A stretch of 64,000 nt of DNA from an uncultured Thiobacillus sp. (GTDB lineage: Bacteria; Pseudomonadota; Gammaproteobacteria; Burkholderiales; Thiobacillaceae): positions 29,506 to 93,505 of the forward strand of contig CAYOJA010000001.1 in the NCBI GenBank assembly GCA_964404175.1. The letters are read 5' to 3'. Positions 50,647-58,145 of the stretch are shown here, one piece after another. The translations under genes were made by a program, and so were the position numbers. Each line of letters starts with the position of its first letter. Position 1 is the stretch's first letter. The notes beneath the pieces are model-generated. The model ran no database searches. It had not been told where the DNA came from and saw nothing but the letters and a program-made list of their open reading frames with translations.

Positions 50647-53600
50647 TGGCTGCGATATCACGGATCCAGGTCGCCAATTTCCTCACCGAGGGATACATGA
50701 CGGGAAAGGAATGGGCCCCGCTCTATCGTGGCGAGACCTTCCGTCTGTTCGGACAGCCCACCGCCATGCAGATCGACAATGGCGGCGGCAAGACGAGTCT
50801 GACCGAGGCTTGCCTGTATGCACTGACCCGACATCGCCAACTGAAATCCAGGGTAGAGGATCGGGTTGCGCCACCCGACAAAGGCTGGACCCACATACGC
50901 TTTGAGTTCGTCGAAAAATCGCATGAGGAGGATATCCTGCAGACGGAACTGATCACACTGGATCCCGAGGACATTCCTGGCATCACTTATGTCGTAGGCA
51001 TGTGCTGGAGCCGCACCAAGGATCCCAGCTTCTATTCCTACCAAGGGACTCTGGAGGATGCCCCTTGCTATATCCGGGAACAGAACAAGCTTGCCCTCAT
51101 CGCCAACGACGTCTTCCGAAAGTCTGTGGAGGGCATGCCGGGCGCCAGATGGAATCGTTGGCGCAATCAGGCAGAGTGGCTGGAGGAGATCAGGCAGTTC
51201 ACCAACATCGAGGTGCTGCTTCAGAACGTGGAGTTCCAGCTGGAGGGTGCTGGTGACTACTCGGCCATGATCACCAAAGTGAAGCCGGAAGGCGCTGAAA
51301 CCTACGATACCGCTTTCTTCCGGCAATTTGTCGCCCCTGAGCTGCTCAAGCATGCCATGGGCGCGGAAGGTGATCCAGACGAACTCGGATTCGAGGACAC
51401 CATCCTCAAGACGCTGAAGCCGGCGGCCGACGCCTTGTTAGATATCAACAGGCGCCAGCTTGAACTAGAGCAGACGAAGGAGGCCCTCCGGAAATTCGAA
51501 CCGGTGCTGCAGAAGGCAAGTGAGGTCGTAACCGCCAACGCAGAGTACCAGCGCGAGATGAACGCGCTCGCACGAAACGCGGCCATCGTCCACTCCCTGT
51601 CCATGGCGTCGCCGTTGCCGGGCATTCCCGTTATTCCGCCGGGAACCCAGTGGGCAAGTGACAAGCGCGTAATGACCGCCCTCGGGCACATGGTCATCGA
51701 CAAGAAGCATGGAACGGTGATCACAGACGAGGGTCTGGCCGCGTTGATCGGTGTGCCTACCAATGAAATCAACAAGCGCTCTGATACCAGCAACATCGTT
51801 ATGCTCGACTCCGAAACGATTGGACTCAGCGAGCATCTCAAATCGACCAAGCCTAGTGAGCCATCCGGAGGGGAGGGGCAAGAGGAAGCACAACCCTTTG
51901 AAAATAAACAGCATCTCAAAAGATTTGGACGCGGAGGTCGACGCTATTACACCAAGTGCTATCCGCTGAAGCCGGCCCTTTCTATCAGTTCCGCGTGTTC
52001 AAACCTTGCCGGCGCGAAAACTTCAGGACTTACCGACGTCCTTACCCGCGCCTTCGGTATCGCCGCAGACGAGATCGACACCAATCCCTACCGGCATCGG
52101 CTGCGCAAACTTACGTTGAGCCTGGACGAAGCCAGAGGTCGCCAACGCACGGCTCAAGGTGACTGCGACCGTTACCAGGCTTCATACGAAAAATTGCTCA
52201 CCGAGAGCCGGGATGCCAAGGAAAACCAGGCCGCCTATGAAGGTTTCATGGCGAGAAAACATGAATTCCCCGAGGAATACTGGAGCACCCCACTCGCTGC
52301 GCAAGAGTGGGCAGAAGCCGCCGCAAAGAAAGCCGAGGAGGAACGCACTGAGCATGTCACCCTCAGCGCCAAACGCCAAAGCGGCTACGGCTTGTGGCAG
52401 AAACTGGCCGAGAAGCATGGGCAAACTTCGCTGCAGGAGGCGCTGGCAACCCTGAGCGAACTGCATGCTAAAGCGGTGGAGGCCAAATCCACGGCCGAGG
52501 GCGACCTCGGTCAGACCAATGCACAACTTCGTAACAAGCGCACGGAACTGGAAAGGGATGAAAGAAATCTTGGCGTTGCCACAAAGCGCCTGGAGAAGCT
52601 GAGTGGACTTGCGGCCTACCGACCCAAATTCATAGAGATCTTCGGTGACGTTGACCCGCTGGGCCTGAGCCCTCAGGCCGAGATGCAACGCGTACAAGGC
52701 GACAAATCGAAAAATGACGGTCAGCTGCAGGATGCCGATACCAAGAAGCAGGAGCTGCTGGGCCTGCAACCCATGGCGAAGCTGTTTCTTGAGATGTTTG
52801 GCGACGCCGGTCCCGATGGCCTAGACCCAGTGGGGGATCTGCAAAGCCACTTGGAAGCCATCGCTACTGAAGATGGTGTCGTGGCGGATCATCAGCCTTT
52901 GGTCGAGGCTTTGACCTACTTCAGAGAGCAGCTCCCTGGCATTTCGCCAGATGACTGGCTCGCCCACGCGTCGGATCAGCGCCGAATGCTCATCGAGGAG
53001 CGTGGTAGCAATCAGAACAATATCCGCGACCTCACGGGTGAATTGGAGGACCTGGACTCATTCGGGGCTGCCGATGACCGCGTCTACGCCAAAGCCCTGA
53101 AAGTCCTGGCCGACAATGGCATCAGATTTGACCGGCTGCACGACCTTGCTTCGAGAACCGTGTCAGGCGACCGCCTGGAGACCTGTCTGTCCCTCTTCTC
53201 TGCTGCTTTGTCAGCCCCGGCTATCGCATCCGTGGAGGAGGCCGCGAACGCTGCACGCTTGTTGGAGCAGTCCGAGCTGACGGTGCCGATTTTCCTCAAG
53301 CCAGCCCTGGAATCGTTCATTCTGGACGGAGAAATTCATCAGTCCGGTGAAACAGCCCACGCATTGTGGGTTGGCCGTCGCACGCGGCAGGTCGACATCA
53401 TTCTGGACCCCGCCCTCATCGCGGAGGAGAAGAGGCGGATCGAGGAACAGATCGGAAATCTTACCCGGCGCAACGAACAGATCGGCGAACTTGTCGCGGA
53501 TATTTCCGAGGACAGCGCCGCCGTCAAGACGGCGCTGAGTGCGAAAGAAGCGATCCGCCGTGATTCCGAGCGCATTCATGACGAGGCCGCCAGAAAACGA

Positions 53601-55649
53601 GACGCCCTCCAGGCGAAGAAGACCTGGTTTGAAGAGAGGGCGTCGACCAGAGCTCTTGAGGCGATCTCTTCCATGAAGCGTTACATCAAGGCCGGTGGTG
53701 AGATCCGGTATTTGGAACTCGTGGAAACCATCATCCCCGGCCTGGAAAACGAGAAAAAAAGCATCAGCGAACGGCTTGCCGACCTGCGCGCGCAAACGGA
53801 GGAAGACGCACTTCGAGCCCTGCACGCGGCTAAGGATTTTCAACGCGAAGGCGGCGAGGATGCGCTGGCCGCAGCTAAGACAGCGGCCACGGATCTCTCG
53901 TTAAAGGTGAAGTCGCTCAAGTACGCAGTGGATGAACTGCAGGGCAAGGTGGACAACGAACTGAGGGAGGCTTTCAACAAAGCGGCCGAAATTCTTTCCG
54001 AGATCAGCAAGACTTTCCCAATCGACAAGCGCGACCTTGAAGTCTCGATCCTGTTCGAAGAGGAAGGTTTCGTCGAGTTCATGAAGACCACCGATTCGAA
54101 AAGACAGCGGCTCGAAGCTGAACTGGTGACGGCCCAGAAGCGACTGCAAGGCATAGCCTTCGACCGCGCAGCACGGTATATCGACGCTACTCGATCGGGT
54201 GAACGCAGCATCGCCGACCGTATCGCTGACGCCCAGGAAAAAAGAGACGAGGCGGATGAGGCCGCGAAGAACGCGGGCCGCGACATCACCCAAATCGAAG
54301 GCGAGATGGCCACCATGACGCCTTTCATGGAGACGATGCACGAGATGGTTTCCTCGATTCGGGTTCAGTACGCCAAAGTCTCGCTGTTTTCCGAGGACAT
54401 CCTCCGTCTCATGCAGGCTTCACCGTTCTCCGATCCCGAGATCCTGGTTCATGCAGAAACAATTCGTATCGCCTGTACGGGTGAGATTCCGAGCACCGCC
54501 CAGGATATCAAGATCGCCATGCTCAACCTGAGACAGTGCGTCGAGGAACTTGAGATCAACACCGACGAGCTCCGGAGGTTTGGCGAAGATAAGCGGAGGC
54601 GGTTGAGCGAATACATCCAGCGTCGTGATGAATTCTGTGACCGTGCAAGGTCCGGTGAGATCCGCGGCTTGAACCAGTTGGAGATCTCGGCCATCGCAGA
54701 AGCGAAGACTATTGAGCAGCTGCAGCGCATTCAGGAAACCCAGGACGCAATCCAAGCCCAGATCACCGAAAGCGAAGCCAGTCTGGCCAAGATCCGCGAG
54801 GCCATGGAAGCCAACAAGGAGGCTTCCATCGACAATCTGGCCAAATTCGCTCGAGACGCCAAGTTGAGCCTCGACATCCTGGAACGGGTCATGAAAAAGA
54901 CCCCCAATGCCAGGTTCTACATCGAGGCTCCCGTCGCGGACGAAAGCGAGATTGGGCGAATCATCGCCGAACTTCTTGAACAGATCGAGGACAAGGAGCG
55001 CGTCGTGCGCGAGCGGGGCGTCATTCTCCTCAACGATGAGATCGAACGCAAGACGGCAGATTACAAGCGGCTGATCCACGACACCATCTACAAACGGATC
55101 TTCTCCGCTCGGGACAAGGACGAAAACTCCATCGTTCCACGAGTCTATTTCACCCACGCATCGATTCGTGGCAAGGACAAGGTGCCCTTCACTGACCGTG
55201 GCCTTTCAACGGGGCAACGAACAGCGCTGGCGATGATGTGGTTGATCAAGCAGGCGGAATTTGCCATCGCCCGAGCAGCATCGCTCTACGGCACCCGGAA
55301 GGAACGGAAGGCGGCGCTGAAGGGCGCGCAGCGGATCATGTTCTTCGACGGTCTGTTCTCCAACCTGTCCAACGAGGACTACATCAATGACGCATTCCAG
55401 GGATTGCGCGGCGTCGGCGACAACTTTCAGCTTATCGGCCTGATCCACAATCCCTATTACGTGAACAACAAGGACATCTTCCCCGTGCATCTGGTCGGCA
55501 GGAAGAAAGTCGCCAACAAGGGTGATCCTGGGCGGGAGCGCGTGTTTGTCTCTGTTGAGCCCTGGCAGGACAGCAACGGGGTGATTCTCTACACCAGCGC
55601 CTACAAGCACAAAGCCCATATGGCCGGCGAGGAGACCGTGAATGCCTGA
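50646..55649 (+). CDS. SMC/MukB-like ATPase (JetC/MksB-like), 1667 aa
   Basis: ISRIQVANF, Walker A DNGGGKTS, long heptad-rich arms around a central hinge-like region, signature LSTGQ, Walker B-like IMFFDGLFSN, FQLIGLIH. Confidence 0.85.
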   Translation: MAAISRIQVANFLTEGYMTGKEWAPLYRGETFRLFGQPTAMQIDNGGGKTSLTEACLYALTRHRQLKSRVEDRVAPPDKGWTHIRFEFVEKSHEEDILQTELITLDPEDIPGITYVVGMCWSRTKDPSFYSYQGTLEDAPCYIREQNKLALIANDVFRKSVEGMPGARWNRWRNQAEWLEEIRQFTNIEVLLQNVEFQLEGAGDYSAMITKVKPEGAETYDTAFFRQFVAPELLKHAMGAEGDPDELGFEDTILKTLKPAADALLDINRRQLELEQTKEALRKFEPVLQKASEVVTANAEYQREMNALARNAAIVHSLSMASPLPGIPVIPPGTQWASDKRVMTALGHMVIDKKHGTVITDEGLAALIGVPTNEINKRSDTSNIVMLDSETIGLSEHLKSTKPSEPSGGEGQEEAQPFENKQHLKRFGRGGRRYYTKCYPLKPALSISSACSNLAGAKTSGLTDVLTRAFGIAADEIDTNPYRHRLRKLTLSLDEARGRQRTAQGDCDRYQASYEKLLTESRDAKENQAAYEGFMARKHEFPEEYWSTPLAAQEWAEAAAKKAEEERTEHVTLSAKRQSGYGLWQKLAEKHGQTSLQEALATLSELHAKAVEAKSTAEGDLGQTNAQLRNKRTELERDERNLGVATKRLEKLSGLAAYRPKFIEIFGDVDPLGLSPQAEMQRVQGDKSKNDGQLQDADTKKQELLGLQPMAKLFLEMFGDAGPDGLDPVGDLQSHLEAIATEDGVVADHQPLVEALTYFREQLPGISPDDWLAHASDQRRMLIEERGSNQNNIRDLTGELEDLDSFGAADDRVYAKALKVLADNGIRFDRLHDLASRTVSGDRLETCLSLFSAALSAPAIASVEEAANAARLLEQSELTVPIFLKPALESFILDGEIHQSGETAHALWVGRRTRQVDIILDPALIAEEKRRIEEQIGNLTRRNEQIGELVADISEDSAAVKTALSAKEAIRRDSERIHDEAARKRDALQAKKTWFEERASTRALEAISSMKRYIKAGGEIRYLELVETIIPGLENEKKSISERLADLRAQTEEDALRALHAAKDFQREGGEDALAAAKTAATDLSLKVKSLKYAVDELQGKVDNELREAFNKAAEILSEISKTFPIDKRDLEVSILFEEEGFVEFMKTTDSKRQRLEAELVTAQKRLQGIAFDRAARYIDATRSGERSIADRIADAQEKRDEADEAAKNAGRDITQIEGEMATMTPFMETMHEMVSSIRVQYAKVSLFSEDILRLMQASPFSDPEILVHAETIRIACTGEIPSTAQDIKIAMLNLRQCVEELEINTDELRRFGEDKRRRLSEYIQRRDEFCDRARSGEIRGLNQLEISAIAEAKTIEQLQRIQETQDAIQAQITESEASLAKIREAMEANKEASIDNLAKFARDAKLSLDILERVMKKTPNARFYIEAPVADESEIGRIIAELLEQIEDKERVVRERGVILLNDEIERKTADYKRLIHDTIYKRIFSARDKDENSIVPRVYFTHASIRGKDKVPFTDRGLSTGQRTALAMMWLIKQAEFAIARAASLYGTRKERKAALKGAQRIMFFDGLFSNLSNEDYINDAFQGLRGVGDNFQLIGLIHNPYYVNNKDIFPVHLVGRKKVANKGDPGRERVFVSVEPWQDSNGVILYTSAYKHKAHMAGEETVNA

Positions 55650-56826
55650 ATTCGAGGAGCGAATTCAGCAATGGTTTCTTAAACGAACCAAGGGCAGCGT
55701 CACGGGCAAAGTTCTCACGAAAGGAGTCGTCGCGAGGTTGCGCTCCGAGGTGATCAATGACCCCGTCGCGATCAGAAAAGCACTGCTGCTTCTGCGAGAC
55801 GAGGGTCATCTGGTGTTCAGCGCAGACGAGCGTGGCACGCCCGTTAGTAGCTATATTTCGGTAATAAAGCCGACAGCGGATGTCGAGGAACATCTCCAAC
55901 GCTGGTCTCTTGTCCTTGAGGAAAAGGGCATTAGTCAGGCTGATGCCGGTGCGCTATTATCCGTGGCAGATGCCATCAAGGATCTTCCGAAGGACGACAT
56001 GAGGCTTCTGCTGGATGGGCTAGTAAAGCTTCGCCATGATCAACTCCATTTGCTCGGCCAGCCAGCCTATATTGTGAGCGCGAAGTATTTGCTTGGCTCC
56101 TCGAAGATGCTCACCCGTATCCCGAGACGTTCTCTCAAGGCGTACGGCATCGAGCCTCGGCAATTTCCCTCCCACCCGCTCTATGTTGTCGTCGCGGGTT
56201 GCGCCTCCCCCGAAACGGTGGTTCTAGTGGAAAATCCTGCCGCGTTCGAATTGGCGATAAGCACGCAAGCGGTGAATCGATGTGCCTTCATCGCGACGTT
56301 CGGGTTTGGTCTGAGCAAGTCAGAAGAAGACTGCGGGAACCAGCTCACAAAGATGGTCGAGGCACGGTTTTCCGGTGCGATCACACTGACACGTGAGGGG
56401 TCCATGTGCCCGACGGCGAAAGAGCTTCTGAGTCACCCCAAAATCACCTTCTGGGGTGACCTTGATGTCGCGGGGCTCGAGATCTATCTGCGACTCAGGA
56501 AAGCCATCCCGCACCTTCAACTCAGTGCACTCTATAAACCAATGGTTGCTTCAGTCGACAAGCCAGCAGCATCGCATCCATACGTTGCATTGGCAGGTAA
56601 GGAACGACAGCCAACGATGCCAAGGTCAGGTAAGAAAGACGATCCCGTGCTTGCCAGGCTTCTTGATATCTGCGTCTCCCGAGGCGTTGATCAGGAGCAG
56701 GTTTCGCCCTCGGACGTCGAGTCTCTGTCACCGTTTGGACTTGATGCGAGGCACTTTGAAGAACCCGTGTACAACGTGTCTATCCCGACATTGGTAAAGA
56801 CACTCGAAGCGGGCGATTGTGCATGA
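55642..56826 (+). CDS. Toprim nuclease (JetD/MksG, DUF2220/DUF2399-like)
   Basis: VSAKYLLGSSK, VLVEN, FWGDLDVAGLEIY, VDQEQV. Confidence 0.85.
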   Translation: MPEFEERIQQWFLKRTKGSVTGKVLTKGVVARLRSEVINDPVAIRKALLLLRDEGHLVFSADERGTPVSSYISVIKPTADVEEHLQRWSLVLEEKGISQADAGALLSVADAIKDLPKDDMRLLLDGLVKLRHDQLHLLGQPAYIVSAKYLLGSSKMLTRIPRRSLKAYGIEPRQFPSHPLYVVVAGCASPETVVLVENPAAFELAISTQAVNRCAFIATFGFGLSKSEEDCGNQLTKMVEARFSGAITLTREGSMCPTAKELLSHPKITFWGDLDVAGLEIYLRLRKAIPHLQLSALYKPMVASVDKPAASHPYVALAGKERQPTMPRSGKKDDPVLARLLDICVSRGVDQEQVSPSDVESLSPFGLDARHFEEPVYNVSIPTLVKTLEAGDCA

Positions 56827-56840
56827 GTCGTTGAAATCCA

Positions 56841-57407
56841 ATGGCATCAACGTCGGAAACGATTGAAACACTGCGGGGCGCACTTGCCACGTACACCGAT
56901 GAGCGCAAGCTTCTTGAACTCATCGACGAGAGTCTTTCCCTACTTCGTTCCCGCTATCGGCAATTCAAGGCCGAATTTACCGACGAGTCCATTCAATTCC
57001 TGAAGTCGCTTACCGTCGTTCGAGATGCCCTACGTGAATTTATCGAAGCCGTCGAGGACAAAGCCTGGGTTCATTCCCGCGATGATGCTCAGGAACTCGC
57101 CTGTACATTCGGTGAACTCGGTGAGCGGCTTACTCCGCACTTCGTCGCAAAACGCGCAGCAAAGGAAACGCGTGAGCTCCTCGCGACGGCCCAGTCGCTG
57201 CCGTTCGCGGCGGTCAATGTAGGCCAGAATGATTTCCGCCGACGTATTTCCCAGCTTGAAGCAGCTGGCAAGAAATGCCAGAAGTGCGGATCCAAATTGG
57301 CGCTACGAGAAAGCCAGCACGGTTACTTTTGGGGGTGTAGCACTTTTCCCCAGTGTTTTGGGAGGCAGCGGCTTTCCAGGGAAGAATCCCAACTGCTCGA
57401 TCAATGA
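56841..57407 (+). CDS. Helical protein with C-terminal topoisomerase-IA-type C4 zinc ribbon
   Basis: CQKCGSKLALRESQHGYFWGCSTFPQC. Confidence 0.8.
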   Translation: MASTSETIETLRGALATYTDERKLLELIDESLSLLRSRYRQFKAEFTDESIQFLKSLTVVRDALREFIEAVEDKAWVHSRDDAQELACTFGELGERLTPHFVAKRAAKETRELLATAQSLPFAAVNVGQNDFRRRISQLEAAGKKCQKCGSKLALRESQHGYFWGCSTFPQCFGRQRLSREESQLLDQ

Positions 57408-57607
57408 GATTGCGAGTCACGCGACACTGGCAGACGGCTTACACATCTAAAAATTCTTCGTTGCTTGCCCCTTTAGCGATAGCGCATTGGGTTCAAACCA
57501 CGACACCCGACGCGCGAACCGCAATACCACGCCGGGTAGTTAGGGCCATGTCTTCTACGCTTCAAGCGTCTCCTCCATAAAAACGCGTACCACAAAACAA
57601 AATACAC

Positions 57608-57675
57608 TTCAGCAATCAATCAAAAAAACTTTGTTTGAATTATCTGCTGCAAAGCCAAGGCCGAGTCCATAGCAT
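57608..57675 (+). promoter_or_regulatory. tra promoter B: 22-bp box + 36 bp + TCCATAGCAT
   Basis: TTCAGCAATCAATCAAAAAAAC (57608-57629) and TCCATAGCAT (57666-57675), as in promoter A. Confidence 0.7.
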
Positions 57676-57704
57676 CACGGGCATTTCCACTACTCGCGCA
57701 AAGA

Positions 57705-58145
57705 GTGCCCGTGGCCTCCATAGAAGAACCCAACAATCAGGATCATCCTGTCACGCTCTTCGCACACATTGCGACACGATTCGAACAAATCGAACTGTCC
57801 CACTGGACGGCCGTTGTGTTTGCATGGCTTGCCCGTTATGACGGGATCGATCGATGCTATTTTGAAGACGAAGAGGAATCCCCAGCCCATGAGGTGCTTC
57901 ATTGCATCGCCGAACTGGATCATGGGACTACAGACGACGAAGTAGCCCACGCGCTATCTCATCTTGAATTCCTTACTTGGCGTGTCCGCCATCCCGAAAC
58001 CGCGGAGTGCTGGGATCCGCTCTCACTATCCCTCAGTGATTTCATCGGCGGGGATTTATCGCCCAATTGCTGGAAATGGGAAGGGACCTTCCCGGATTCA
58101 CCCGTAATTGCCTCATGGCTCATCGAACAGCTCCCACACCGCTGA
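57705..58145 (+). CDS. Acidic hypothetical protein coupled to traI (position of GGI yaf)
   Basis: GTG start downstream of promoter B; TGA overlaps the traI ATG (TGATG). Confidence 0.65.
   Translation: MPVASIEEPNNQDHPVTLFAHIATRFEQIELSHWTAVVFAWLARYDGIDRCYFEDEEESPAHEVLHCIAELDHGTTDDEVAHALSHLEFLTWRVRHPETAECWDPLSLSLSDFIGGDLSPNCWKWEGTFPDSPVIASWLIEQLPHR

Noticed and set aside
42275-57629. 22-bp boxes as terminal IRs of a 15-kb transposon
   Set aside because: The shared -10-like motif lies outside them at equal spacing on both sides, no flanking duplication was seen and there is no transposase; a promoter interpretation fits better
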